From contig JACPOP010000015.1 of NCBI GenBank assembly GCA_016191465.1, positions 210,261 to 274,260 of the forward strand: 64,000 bases of DNA, written 5' to 3'. The notes beneath the pieces were generated by a model. It did no database searches. It saw nothing but the letters and a program-made list of their open reading frames with translations, and had not been told where the DNA came from. Shown piece by piece: positions 35,044-46,127 of the stretch (positions within the stretch are counted from its first letter, which is position 1; the number at the start of each line of letters is the position of its first letter). The position numbers were made by a program, and so were the translations under genes. The DNA is from Chloroflexota bacterium (GTDB lineage Bacteria > Chloroflexota > UBA6077 > CF-72).

Positions 35044-37797
35044 ATGGCCACCCGCACCGATCCCCGTCTCGAGAGCCGTCCAGTAGTGGCTCCCAGCACC
35101 GTGGGCGACTACGCGCCGTACAACCCTGGCGACACCGAGGCGAAGTGGTACGACTTCTGGGTTGAACGGGGCCTTTTCAAGCCAGAGAACCACAAGAACT
35201 TCGGCACACGCGCGCCGTTCGTGGTGACGATGCCGCCGCCGAACGTGACCGGCGGCCTGCACAACGGCCACACCCTCTTCGTCACGCTGGAAGACATCAT
35301 GGTGCGCTGGCACCGCATGCTGGGCGATCCGAGCCTATGGTTGCCGGGGCGGGACCATGCCGGAATTGCTGGCCAACTGGTTGTCGAGCGCGACCTGCGC
35401 ACCCGGGGCATCTCGCGCCACGATCTCGGCCGCGAGAAGTTCCTCGAACAGATGTGGGAGTGGATGGAGACGTATGGCCTCCACATCCAGCTCCAGCTCC
35501 GCAAGCTTGGCGCCTCGTCGGACTGGTCGCGGGACATGTTCACGATGGACCCCCACCACGTTCGAGCGGTGCGCACGGCGTTCGTGCGGCTCTTCGACAA
35601 GGGGCTGGTCTACCGTGGGTTACGGATCGCCAACTGGTGCAAGGACTGCGCGACCGTGCTGTCTGACCTGGAGGTGGAGCACAAGGAGACGAAGGGCTCG
35701 CTCACCTACTTCAACTACCCGGTGGTGGACGATGCGAACCAGCCGACGGGCGACGTCGTGCCTGTTGCCACCACCCGGCCCGAGACGATCCTGGGCGACG
35801 TGGGCGTGGCCGTCCACCCCGAGGATCCTCGCTACCGCCACCTGATCGGCCAGGCCGTCCTGGTGCCGCACGTGCGCCGGCGCGGGGTCATCGTCGCCGA
35901 CGATGCCGTAGATAGGGCGTTCGGTACCGGCGCGGTCAAGCTGACGCCCGCCCATGACCCCGTCGACTACGAGATCGCGAAGCGCCACGACCTACCGTTC
36001 ATCACGGTGATGAACCTCGACGGCACCATGAACGCCGAGGCCGGGAGTTACGAGGGCGTCTCGTCGGCACAGGCGCGGAAGTCAATGGTGGCCGAGCTTG
36101 GGGCCAGCGGGCAACTGATTCGCCAGGAGGAGTACACCCACGCGGTGGGCCACTGCCAGCGATCTGGGACGGTCCTCGAGCCCATGCTGCTGGACCAGTG
36201 GTACCTGCGTATCAAGCCACTGGCAGAGCCCGCCATTGCCGCGGTCCGAAGCGGTGAGATCCAGATCATCCCGGACCGCTTCACCCGGGTCTACTTCAAC
36301 TGGATGGAGAACATCCGCGACTGGCCCATTTCGCGTCAACTGTGGTGGGGCCATCGCATTCCTGTCTACACCTGCGAGCGCGAGGACTGCGCGCACGTGT
36401 GGGCTTCGGTGGACGAGCCCGACCGTTGTCCATCGTGCGGCACCATCGCTCTTCGCCAGGACCCGGACGTGCTGGACACCTGGTTCTCCTCCGGGCTGTG
36501 GCCGTTCAGCACGCTCGGGTGGCCCGACGACACGGACGACCTGCGGCATTTCTATCCCACCTCCGTCATGGAGACGGGTTACGACATCCTGTTCTTCTGG
36601 GTTGCGCGGATGATCATGTTCGGGCTGGAGTTCACCGGGAAGGCGCCGTTCCACACGGTGTACCTGCACGGACTGGTGAAGGCCGAGGGCGGCCAGAAGA
36701 TGAGCAAGACCAAGGGCAACGTCCAGGACCCGCTGGACTTGATCGAGCAGTACGGCACGGACGCGCTGCGGCTCGCGGTGACGATTGGGAACGCACCTGG
36801 CAACGACTTCACGCTCACCCCCGGCAGCCTGGAGGCGAAGCGTGACTTCGTCAACAAGCTGTGGAACCTTGGCCGGTTCGTGCAGGCCAATACCACCGCC
36901 GCCGAGCGCGGCGACGCCCTCGAACGTGCTCGTCCGCTTCCGGGTGCGCCGCTCGCGGATCGCTGGATCTGCAGTCGGCTGGACCAGGTGATCCAGGACA
37001 CCACACGGCTCCTGGGCGACTTCAACTTCGGAGAGGCCGGCCGGGCCGTGTACGACTTCGCCTGGGACGAGCTGGCCGACTGGTACGTGGAGTCGTTCAA
37101 GGTGGCCGCCCGCGCCGGTGAGGCCGATGGCTCGCTCCTGGCCCGCGTGTACGAGAAAGTGCTGCGATTGCTCCACCCGCTGGCGCCGTTCGCCACCGAA
37201 GACCTCTGGCAGCGGCTGACCGCCGAGGCGTCGTATCGGCCGGTGGCGCTGATGGTTGCCGATTGGCCCGAGCCCGCGGGAGTCACGGACCCGGAGGCCG
37301 AGGCGCGCTGGGCGGCTGTCCAGGCAGTCGTGCGGGCCGCGCGGACGTTGAGGACTGATTATCGCATCGAGCCGGCGCGCCTTGTGGCCGCTACGATCGG
37401 GGTAGGCAATGGCCAGGACCGCGCCTTCTGGGAAACGCAGGCCGCGCTGATTGGCGCGCTCCCAGGCTCCCGGCTCCGCCCGGTGGAGGTGCGTTCCCTC
37501 GCCGAGCTGGGCGACGTGCCGACGCGCTCCATCGCCGCCGTGGCCGGAGGCGTGGAGCTGCTGGTGCCGGCGGAAGGATTGTTCGACGTCGAAGCCGAGT
37601 CCACGCGCGTCGGGGCGGAGATCGCGGAGGTGGAAGTCCAGGTGCGCCGACTGGAGGGCTTGCTTGGCGGCGAGTTCGCCACGAAGGCACCGCCTGACAA
37701 AGTCCAGGGCGAGCGCGAGCGCCTGGCACAGCAGCGCCAGCGCCTGGAGGCACTCGAGCGCCGCGGGGAGACCCTGACACGGCTGCGCGGAGCGTAA
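35044..37797 (+). CDS. valS: Valyl-tRNA synthetase
   Basis: PPNVTGGLHNGH (HIGH), KMSKTKGN (KMSKS), editing domain, and a C-terminal coiled coil. Confidence 0.97.
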   Translation: MATRTDPRLESRPVVAPSTVGDYAPYNPGDTEAKWYDFWVERGLFKPENHKNFGTRAPFVVTMPPPNVTGGLHNGHTLFVTLEDIMVRWHRMLGDPSLWLPGRDHAGIAGQLVVERDLRTRGISRHDLGREKFLEQMWEWMETYGLHIQLQLRKLGASSDWSRDMFTMDPHHVRAVRTAFVRLFDKGLVYRGLRIANWCKDCATVLSDLEVEHKETKGSLTYFNYPVVDDANQPTGDVVPVATTRPETILGDVGVAVHPEDPRYRHLIGQAVLVPHVRRRGVIVADDAVDRAFGTGAVKLTPAHDPVDYEIAKRHDLPFITVMNLDGTMNAEAGSYEGVSSAQARKSMVAELGASGQLIRQEEYTHAVGHCQRSGTVLEPMLLDQWYLRIKPLAEPAIAAVRSGEIQIIPDRFTRVYFNWMENIRDWPISRQLWWGHRIPVYTCEREDCAHVWASVDEPDRCPSCGTIALRQDPDVLDTWFSSGLWPFSTLGWPDDTDDLRHFYPTSVMETGYDILFFWVARMIMFGLEFTGKAPFHTVYLHGLVKAEGGQKMSKTKGNVQDPLDLIEQYGTDALRLAVTIGNAPGNDFTLTPGSLEAKRDFVNKLWNLGRFVQANTTAAERGDALERARPLPGAPLADRWICSRLDQVIQDTTRLLGDFNFGEAGRAVYDFAWDELADWYVESFKVAARAGEADGSLLARVYEKVLRLLHPLAPFATEDLWQRLTAEASYRPVALMVADWPEPAGVTDPEAEARWAAVQAVVRAARTLRTDYRIEPARLVAATIGVGNGQDRAFWETQAALIGALPGSRLRPVEVRSLAELGDVPTRSIAAVAGGVELLVPAEGLFDVEAESTRVGAEIAEVEVQVRRLEGLLGGEFATKAPPDKVQGERERLAQQRQRLEALERRGETLTRLRGA

Positions 37798-37886
37798 GGG
37801 CGTCAGGCGCACGGCGCGGGCGGCCGCCGCGCCGCGGGCTCGGCGCCAGCGCACGCAACGCCCTCGCTCGCGCGGGGGTCTTCGTC

Positions 37887-38261
37887 GTGTCGTTTATCCC
37901 GATTCTGCTGGTGTATGGAACCAAGGAGCGGGCGCTCATCACGGCGCTGCCGGTGGGCCTCATCGGCGCCGCGGTGGCCTGGTTCAACGCTCGCCACGTG
38001 CGGTCCTCGGCGCGCGGGCGGCAGATCCGGTACGCGGTCATCGTGGGGCTGGTGATGGCCCAGCTCACCTGGGCGCTTGGCTACTGGGCCGTGATCCCCC
38101 TGGTGGGTGCGGCTGCTCTGTGGCTCGCGCTCTACGCGCTCTCGGGCATCGCCGAGCACGCCCAGGCCGCCACGCTCGACCGCCGCGTGGCCGCCGAGTT
38201 CGGCGCGGTCGCCGCGATTGGCGTGGTGATCGTGCTGTTCAGCCAGCCGTGGCGCGCCTGA
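37887..38261 (+). CDS. Small membrane protein (4 TM), unknown function
   Basis: Hydrophobic 124-aa ORF filling the valS-livF gap. GTG start. Confidence 0.45.
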   Translation: MSFIPILLVYGTKERALITALPVGLIGAAVAWFNARHVRSSARGRQIRYAVIVGLVMAQLTWALGYWAVIPLVGAAALWLALYALSGIAEHAQAATLDRRVAAEFGAVAAIGVVIVLFSQPWRA

Positions 38262-38279
38262 AACAGGTCCCGGGTCCAG

Positions 38280-39046
<767 letters not shown>

Positions 39047-39050
<4 letters not shown>

Positions 39051-39865
39051 GCGAAGCGCTCCGCCAGGGGCGGTGGTGCAGGGGCGGTAATCTCTGCCGC
39101 GGCTCCGCGGCCGAGGTACGCCTCGATCACGCGCGGGTCGCGCTGCACCTCACGGGGCGTGCCTTCCGCGATCTTCTGGCCGTAGTCCAGCACGGTCACG
39201 CGATCGGAAATCCCCATGACGACCTTCATGTCGTGCTCGATCAGCAGAATGGTCAGGCCACGCTCCTGGCGGAGGCGGCTGATGAGCCGCGTGAGCTCGG
39301 CAGTCTCCCGCGGGTTCATGCCGGCGGTCGGCTCATCCAGCAGCAGGAGGGTTGGCTCGGTGGCCAGGGCGCGGGCCACCTCGAGCCGCCGCTGATCTCC
39401 GTACGGGAGGTTCCGCGCCCACGCTTCTTCGCGGCCCCGCAGCCCCACGAACTCCAGGAGCGCCAGCCCTCGCACGCGCGCCTCGCGCTCCTCGCGCCGT
39501 TCACGCGGGGTTCGGAGCACCGCGTCGAACGCGTTCGCCTTGAGCCGGGCGTGCATGCCCACGAGCACGTTGTCCAGCGCGCTCATGGCGCCGAAGAGGC
39601 GGATGTTCTGGAACGTCCGTGCGAGACCCAGACGCGTGATCTCGTGCGGCTTGCGCCCGGTCAGCCTGGTGCCGCGGAACACGACGTCGCCGCTGGTGGT
39701 GGTGTACAGCCCGGCCAGCAAGTTGAAGAACGTGGTCTTCCCCGCTCCGTTGGGGCCGATGAGGCTGACGATCGATCCCGCCTCGACGGTGAAGTCGACG
39801 CTGTTGACGGCGACGAGGCCGCCGAAGCGCTTCGTCACCTGGCGGGCCTCGAGGATCACCGTCAT
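39047..39865 (-). CDS. livG: Branched-chain amino acid ABC transporter ATP-binding protein
   Basis: [32 protein letters not shown], and the LivG-type C-terminus. Confidence 0.9.
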
Positions 39866-41073
39866 GCGCGCGCCCCCGCCGCGGTCCGTTCCTCGGTGGT
39901 GATCGCGTCGCCCGCCTCCGGGCCGGCCTCGCCTTTCATTTCAAGGGCGCGTGCCCGGTTCGGGAACAGCCCCTCGGGCCGCGTGAGCATCAGGATCACG
40001 AGGGCGGCGCCGAAGATGCCGAACTTGAAGTTGGTGAGATCGATCTCCTTCAGGACGCTCGATATCACCGGCAGGTCCACGGCGGCACCGATGCCCCGAA
40101 GCCATGAAGTGGCGTCACTGGTCAGGATTCGGTCGTAAAAACCGAGCACTGCTCCGCCGAAGATGACGCCCCAGGTGTTGCCGATGCCGCCCAGGATAAC
40201 CATTGCCAGGACGATCACCGAGATCGAGAAGTCGAACTGAAAGGGATCGATGAACTGCAGCATGCTGGCCCAGATAGAGCCCGCGAAGCCCGAGAAGGAT
40301 GCACCGATGGCGAAGGCGAGCAGCTTCGTCTGGACCAGGTTGATGCCCATCGCACCCGCGGCCAGCTCGTCCTCGCGCATCGCCATCCACGCGCGCCCGA
40401 TGCGCGAGTGGGCGAGTCGGTAGATGGCAAACACGGAGATCGCCCCGACCGTGAAGATGAGGTAGTACCACTCGGTCTGGTTCTGGTTGTAGATCTCGTA
40501 CAGCCCGACCTGCCCATTCTGGACGGTCGGAAGGGTCGGTACGCCAATGGCCTTCATGCCTCTGGCGCCCTTCGTCCACTGCTCCAGGTTCAGGATGACC
40601 CGCGGCACGATCTCGCCAAACGCCAGCGTCACGATGGCCAGGTAATCGCCGCGCAGGCGCAGTGTTGGCGCGCCAAGAATGACGCCGAACAGCGCCGCCA
40701 CGAAGAACGACAGGATCATGGCAACGTAGAAGTTGGTCTGGAAATAGGGCGCGAGCGGGCTCGTGGGCGAGGTGAGGAATGCTGCCGTGTACCCGCCAAT
40801 CGCAAAAAACGCCGCGTAGCCAAGGTCCAGCAGGCCGGCGAAGCCCACCACGATGTTCAGCCCGAGCGCGAGGATGGTGAAGATAAGGATGCCCGGGACG
40901 GCACCCATCTTCTGCAACCCCAAGCCCCTGTCGATGATCGGGTAGAGGGCGAGAAAGATGATGAACGTCACCAGGACGGCATTCCGCACGACCCCATCCG
41001 GGGTCTGGCCGTTTCGGCGCAGCCCGAAGGCTGGATTCTGGCGAGCTTTTGAGGTGGTGGCCGCGGCGCTCAT
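39862..41073 (-). CDS. livM: Branched-chain amino acid ABC transporter permease
   Basis: Polytopic: GLLDLGYAAFFAIGGY, AMREDELAA..MGIN. ATG 41073 overlaps the livH stop (ATGA). Confidence 0.9.
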   Translation of the reverse strand: MSAAATTSKARQNPAFGLRRNGQTPDGVVRNAVLVTFIIFLALYPIIDRGLGLQKMGAVPGILIFTILALGLNIVVGFAGLLDLGYAAFFAIGGYTAAFLTSPTSPLAPYFQTNFYVAMILSFFVAALFGVILGAPTLRLRGDYLAIVTLAFGEIVPRVILNLEQWTKGARGMKAIGVPTLPTVQNGQVGLYEIYNQNQTEWYYLIFTVGAISVFAIYRLAHSRIGRAWMAMREDELAAGAMGINLVQTKLLAFAIGASFSGFAGSIWASMLQFIDPFQFDFSISVIVLAMVILGGIGNTWGVIFGGAVLGFYDRILTSDATSWLRGIGAAVDLPVISSVLKEIDLTNFKFGIFGAALVILMLTRPEGLFPNRARALEMKGEAGPEAGDAITTEERTAAGARA

Positions 41074-42056
41074 GCCCGTTCCGTGGTCTCTTCGCCCAGG
41101 ATGCCGGTTGGCTTGAAGATGAGGACCAGAATCAGGAGCCCGAAGACTACGACCTGGGTCCAGCGAGCATCGATGACGCGATCTGAAATGGCCGCCACGA
41201 TGCCGATGGCCATCCCGCCGATGTAGGCGCCTCGCAAGTTCCCGATCCCGCCCATCACCGCTGCAGTGAAGGCGTACAGGCCGCCCCGAAAGCCCTGAAA
41301 GGCCCACGCCGAATTGTTGTACAGCCCGTTGATGGCGCCCGCCGCGCCGGCGAGCGCACCGCCCAGAAGGAACGTCAGGGCGATGGTCAGATTGATGTCG
41401 ATGCCCATCATCGACGCGGCGTCGCGGTCCTGCGCCGTGGCGCGCATGGCCTTTCCGAGCCGGGTGTGCTGCACGAAGAGGTGCAAACCCAGCATGAGGG
41501 GCACGGCGATCACGATGGCCAGCAGGTCCTTGAACGTGAAGAGGACCAGCGTGTTGATGCCCAACCAGTCGCGAAAGATGTCAACCTGGGGTAGGAGGTC
41601 CGGAAAGTTGAGCTGGGAGGGTCCTTTCCACAGGAGGCCCACGTTCACCAGGACAAACGAGACGCCGATAGCGGAGATCAGGGGCGCCAGTTTGGGTGCA
41701 GCGCGCAGCCGGCGGTAAGCCACCCGCTCCACGACGACATTGAGGAGTGCGCAGGTGACCATCGCCGCGACCAGCGAGCCGAGGACGATCAGCGCCACGA
41801 TGGGTCCCGGCAGGGTGAACGCCTGCTTGACCCCGAAGAGGCTCGGTACCCAGGTCACAATGGTGAGCGCGGCCATGGTGCCGATCATGAACACCTCGCC
41901 GTGCGCGAAGTTGATCAGCTCGATGATGCCGTAGACGAGCGTATACCCGAGGGCGATCAGGGCGATGATGGCGCCGTTGGCGATGCCAATCAGCAGCACC
42001 TGCAGCACTTCTTCCTGGATCTGCATGCAGCGAGGTGGGCCGTGCCACTCCTTCAT
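41070..42056 (-). CDS. livH: Branched-chain amino acid ABC transporter permease
   Basis: NGAIIALIALGYTLVYGIIELINFAHGE, RATAQDRDAASMMGI. Start is 42056 or ATG 42026. Confidence 0.9.
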   Translation of the reverse strand: MKEWHGPPRCMQIQEEVLQVLLIGIANGAIIALIALGYTLVYGIIELINFAHGEVFMIGTMAALTIVTWVPSLFGVKQAFTLPGPIVALIVLGSLVAAMVTCALLNVVVERVAYRRLRAAPKLAPLISAIGVSFVLVNVGLLWKGPSQLNFPDLLPQVDIFRDWLGINTLVLFTFKDLLAIVIAVPLMLGLHLFVQHTRLGKAMRATAQDRDAASMMGIDINLTIALTFLLGGALAGAAGAINGLYNNSAWAFQGFRGGLYAFTAAVMGGIGNLRGAYIGGMAIGIVAAISDRVIDARWTQVVVFGLLILVLIFKPTGILGEETTERA

Positions 42057-42211
42057 GGGTTGGTGGAGATCCGGAGCTTCCCCTCGAAGCCCGGATGGAC
42101 GAGAAGGCCGGCCTCCTGGTGGAAGCCAGCCCCCTCGCGATGCTACTCGGATGGGCGGGTCAGCGTGTCAGAACGACATGCCGGCCCGCCCCAAGCGTTG
42201 CTGCCCCTGCG

Positions 42212-43630
42212 CTACTGGGGCGCCTGGAGTGTCACCGAGTTCGCGGAATCGAACTTTCCGCTCTTGACGATCGAGCCTGACATGGTTGTGAGAGACGTGT
42301 CGCCGGTCGGCAGGAAGCTCCACGAGCCGAGGATGCCGGTGAAGTCCTTGGTGCTGGTTACCGCGTCACGAATCGCCACCCGGTCCTTGCGCCCGGCCCG
42401 CTGGATGGCATCTAGCGCGACCTTCATGGACTCGTAGCCATAGGAGGCGTACGGCTCCGGCTCGGAGTTGTACTGCTGCTTGTACCGCCCGTACCACTCG
42501 GCGCCTCGCCCCGTGAGCTTGGGTGCCGGGACGCCACCGAAGGTGGTGTAGGTGTTCTCCGCGGCCTGGCCAGCGGCGTCGATGAAGGCCTGCTCCTGGA
42601 TGCCGTCTGGCCCCATCAGGCGAACGCTGGTGCCGAGCGTGGCGCGGAGATCTTGCCACAGCTTGCCGGCATTGTTCTGGGTGATCCCCCCGAAGAAGAC
42701 CACGTCGGCACCGGTGCCGCGGATCTTCTGGGCGAGCGCACGGTAATCGCTGGCCTTCGGATCGATACTTTCGGGCCCGCCGACCACCTGCAGGCCGACC
42801 TTGGGCGCGGTGATGTTGTAGAAGACGGCGATACCGCGGCCGTACGCCTCGCTGTCATCGAGGATGTAGGCCTTGGTGGCGCCGAGGTCCTTGGACCACT
42901 TGGCGGCCGCGGCGCCCTGGATCTCGTCGGACGGCACCACGCGGGTGTAGTTCCGCTTGCAACCGCCGGGGTAGTAGACGTCCGGCTCGTTGGCTTCGAC
43001 GCCTTCGATCTTCTTGGTGAGCCCGGGGTACGTGTTCGCGGGTGAGATCATCGTCAGGTTCGCGCGGCACAGAATAGGGATCGAGACTGCCGCCGCGCCC
43101 GAGTTGAACGTTCCCAGGTACACCATGACGTCGGGGTCGTTCACGGCCCGGTTGGCGTTCTCGGCTTCCTTGTCCGCCGTCCACTTCCCTGCCGCCGCCG
43201 TGGCGTCGTCCAGGTCTTCATAGACAATCGTGGCGCCACCAACGCGGTTGTTCGCTTCCGCCAGCGCCATCTTGTAGGCGTTGACGATGGTGTCGGTCTG
43301 GCCCTTGCTGGAGCCGGTGCGTGGCAGGCTGGAGACGATCTTGATCGTCCCGCTCAGGTTGCCACCGCCCGCGACCGGCGAGGCGACGGGCGAGGCGGCG
43401 GCGGCCGCTGAGGGTGAGGCCACCGGCGATGCCGGCTTGGCGACGGGCGACGCGGCGGCTGCCGGCGCGGTGGTTGCGGCCGGGGCCGTCGGCTTGGCCA
43501 CCTCAGTCGGCTTGGCTGGAGCCGTGGTGGGGCTCGGCTGTGCAGCTGGCTGGCAGGCGGCGATAAAGAGGCCCGTGCCAGCCAGCAGGGGCGCGAAGCG
43601 CGCGAGCGAGGCTCTACGCTGTCCGTTCAC
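42212..43630 (-). CDS. livK: Amino-acid ABC substrate-binding lipoprotein (LivK-like) with Ala/Pro-rich linker
   Basis: GGAGG plus GTG 43630, a lipobox-like LFIAAC, a low-complexity APA linker, then a periplasmic-binding type I fold (VSSLPRTGSSKGQ...). Confidence 0.85.
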   Translation of the reverse strand: MNGQRRASLARFAPLLAGTGLFIAACQPAAQPSPTTAPAKPTEVAKPTAPAATTAPAAAASPVAKPASPVASPSAAAAASPVASPVAGGGNLSGTIKIVSSLPRTGSSKGQTDTIVNAYKMALAEANNRVGGATIVYEDLDDATAAAGKWTADKEAENANRAVNDPDVMVYLGTFNSGAAAVSIPILCRANLTMISPANTYPGLTKKIEGVEANEPDVYYPGGCKRNYTRVVPSDEIQGAAAAKWSKDLGATKAYILDDSEAYGRGIAVFYNITAPKVGLQVVGGPESIDPKASDYRALAQKIRGTGADVVFFGGITQNNAGKLWQDLRATLGTSVRLMGPDGIQEQAFIDAAGQAAENTYTTFGGVPAPKLTGRGAEWYGRYKQQYNSEPEPYASYGYESMKVALDAIQRAGRKDRVAIRDAVTSTKDFTGILGSWSFLPTGDTSLTTMSGSIVKSGKFDSANSVTLQAPQ

Positions 43631-44025
43631 GTGTGTTCCTCCTTCGGAACTGATGTGATGTGCTCGAGCGACATCTGTTCGCCCGGCGTGTTTGTCAGCC
43701 CGATCTACCGCGGTTCCCCAACGCGACGGTAGCGGACATCCTGCTGAGCGTACTCGACCGGCGGAGTGCGTGTGTGCGGCTCGGCCATAGAAGCTCATGA
43801 ATCTGGGACGCCGATCCGGCAGATTGGTTCCCTATGGCGCTGGAACGCATCGTGCGACGGGAGGGCACTTCGATTGCCGAGGCGCCCTGGCGTGTTTGCG
43901 CGGCGCGGTCAAGCTGGCGGCGCATCGGTTGTGACGACGACCCGCCTGGCGCGTAGACTGAGCGGCCCCGCGCCGCGCTGACCCAGCGCCCTCGGATCGA
44001 GTTCCAGGACTCTCCAGATATCGGG

Positions 44026-44907
44026 GTGGTGACCCACAACATGGCCGTGTTTGAATCCGAGGATAGAGTCCGTCAGAAGCGGGCGAAGACCGAGCAGGCG
44101 ATTAACCTTGCCACCAAGGGGCGCTGGGACGAGGCTGCCCGCCTCAATGAGGAGATCCTGGCACTGGCGCCCCAGGACGTCGACGCCCACAACCGCCTGG
44201 GCAAGGCGCTGATGGAGCTGGGGCGGTACGCGGAATCGCGCGACGCGTACGCGGCAACGCTGAAGCTGGACCCCATGAACAGCATCGCCCAGAAGAACGC
44301 CGCGCGGCTTCAGAAGCTGGCCGATGAGGGCGGTTCGGCCTTACCGCCAAGCGCCGTCGACCCGAGGCTGTTCATCGAAGAGAGCGGCAAGACCACGGTG
44401 ACGCAGCTCACCGGCGTGCATCGCGGCGACGCCATCGCCAAGCTGGCAGCCGGTGAGCAGCTCCAGATGGAGCTCGCCGAAAACAGAATCGTCGTGCGTG
44501 ACCAGGCGGGTTCTGAGATCGGACGCATCGAGCCCAAGCTTGAACAGGACCTGCTGCGCCTCTTTAAGCTGGGCAACCGGTACTCGATGTTTGTGACGGC
44601 CGCGAGCGAGTCGTCGGTGAGCGTCATCATCCGCGAGACGGCGCGTTCGGCTCAGATGGGCACCCGCCCTTCCTTCCGGCCTTCGTCGATCCCGGAGGGC
44701 GGGTTCCGCTCGTATACCCGCGAAGGTGTGCTGCGCTACGACCTTGACGACGACGACGATGACTTCGACGACGACGACGACGTGGAGCCGGGTGACCGGG
44801 TCGTCGCCGACCCGGACAGCGAGCCCGAAGTGGATGCCGACAACGTGGAGGTCGCGCCCCTGGAAACGCTCGCCGCCGCCGAGGCGGAGGCCGAGGAGAC
44901 CACGTAA
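44026..44907 (+). CDS. TPR-repeat protein with poly-Asp/Glu C-terminal tail
   Basis: GRWDEAARLNEEILALAPQDVDAHNRLGKALMELGRYAESRDAYAATLKLDP TPR units; tail DLDDDDDDFDDDDD. Alternative ATG 44041. Confidence 0.6.
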   Translation: MVTHNMAVFESEDRVRQKRAKTEQAINLATKGRWDEAARLNEEILALAPQDVDAHNRLGKALMELGRYAESRDAYAATLKLDPMNSIAQKNAARLQKLADEGGSALPPSAVDPRLFIEESGKTTVTQLTGVHRGDAIAKLAAGEQLQMELAENRIVVRDQAGSEIGRIEPKLEQDLLRLFKLGNRYSMFVTAASESSVSVIIRETARSAQMGTRPSFRPSSIPEGGFRSYTREGVLRYDLDDDDDDFDDDDDVEPGDRVVADPDSEPEVDADNVEVAPLETLAAAEAEAEETT

Positions 44908-44933
44908 TCCTCCCTGGCGGCCCCAGTACGAGT

Positions 44934-44977
44934 GCGGCCCGTGGCTCTCGAAGGAGCCACGGGCCGCTGTTTGTGTG
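44934..44977 (+). terminator. Rho-independent-like terminator
   Basis: 14-bp stem GCGGCCCGTGGCTC/GAGCCACGGGCCGC, 6-nt loop, then TGTTTGTGTG. Lies between convergent genes. Confidence 0.6.
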
Positions 44978-45030
44978 CCCGTGCCACCTCGCTCCCACGC
45001 CGGGTCATCCCGGAGCGGGAGGAATGGCGG

Positions 45031-45921
45031 TCAGTCGAAGATGGTGAACTGCTGCTGGGTGACGGTCTCGCGGCCCGTCACGCTGGATCGGGCGTACACG
45101 AACAACTGGTGCGAGTCGGACTTGTACTTCGTGGGGCTGAACCGCAGTTGCCACCCTGCGCGGGAGAATTGAATCCCGTAGGCGGCAGCCTCGCTGCTGT
45201 CGTACCCCAGGTCCGCGGCGCCCAACCGAATTGTCGAAGCATCGAACTTCGGATAATCCAGGTACACCTCGACTCGATCCACGCCGCTGCCCTGCGTGGG
45301 GCTCGCGTTTCGATCGAACGAGTAGCCGGTGATGATGTAATCGGCATCGGTCCGGACGCGCTCGCTGCTTTGCGGCTTCGTGATGCCGGTCAGGGGGTCG
45401 CTCGGGTTGGGCAAGTTCGCCGTCCCGTTCACCGAGACCGTGCGAAACCAGAAGCCCTTGTTCTGGGAGTGCGCGTACACGTAGATCTGCCGCTGGCCCT
45501 GGCCGAGCTTGTTCGCGGGCACCGAGAGCGAGAAGCCCGAGGCGCTCCAGTAGCCGTTGTTGAATGCCCGAGACACGTCCTCACGAGTCTGTGCGATGGC
45601 CGCCTTGCCAAGGAGCGTGCCGCCAGAATTCATGGGTCCGTCCCACACCTGGACCTCGTCGATGCCGGCCCAGCCCTGGGCGGTGGTATCAACCACCCAG
45701 CCCCGCACGGTGAACGGCGCGACCACCGGGATGTTCTGGCCGGGCGTGGGTCCGTCGACAAAACCGGCGTAGGTGTTGGTGCCGACCGCCGACGGGCCGG
45801 CGCTCCAGGCGGAGCCGTCGGCAGTCTGGGCCGATGCGGCTGGGGCAAGGGTGGCGATGAGCAGTGCGCTCGCCAAGAGGGGCAGGATGGCGGGCCGCCA
45901 TGCCCTGAGCGTGTTGTGCAT
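45031..45921 (-). CDS. Secreted protein with two tandem Ig-like/beta-sandwich repeats
   Basis: GGAGGA SD plus ATG 45921, signal peptide ...APAASAQT, and two ~120-aa repeats (GWVVD...VQVWDG...IYVYAHS / GYSFD...VEVYLD...LFVYARS). Confidence 0.6.
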   Translation of the reverse strand: MHNTLRAWRPAILPLLASALLIATLAPAASAQTADGSAWSAGPSAVGTNTYAGFVDGPTPGQNIPVVAPFTVRGWVVDTTAQGWAGIDEVQVWDGPMNSGGTLLGKAAIAQTREDVSRAFNNGYWSASGFSLSVPANKLGQGQRQIYVYAHSQNKGFWFRTVSVNGTANLPNPSDPLTGITKPQSSERVRTDADYIITGYSFDRNASPTQGSGVDRVEVYLDYPKFDASTIRLGAADLGYDSSEAAAYGIQFSRAGWQLRFSPTKYKSDSHQLFVYARSSVTGRETVTQQQFTIFD

Positions 45922-46127
45922 ACGGCAATCCTCCGATGGGGAATGAGACTGTGCGCGGCCACCAGTAAAAGCGGGCCGGCGGGGCAAACGTTGCGCCATG
46001 GCGCCGCGTCGCCGGGATCGGAACGCACCTGTGACGGCTCCGGCACCGCGGCCGGTTCCGCCACAATGTGACGAATCGGCGGCTCGCGGGCGAGCGGCAC
46101 GCGAGCCGGCCAGCCCAAGGAGTGACG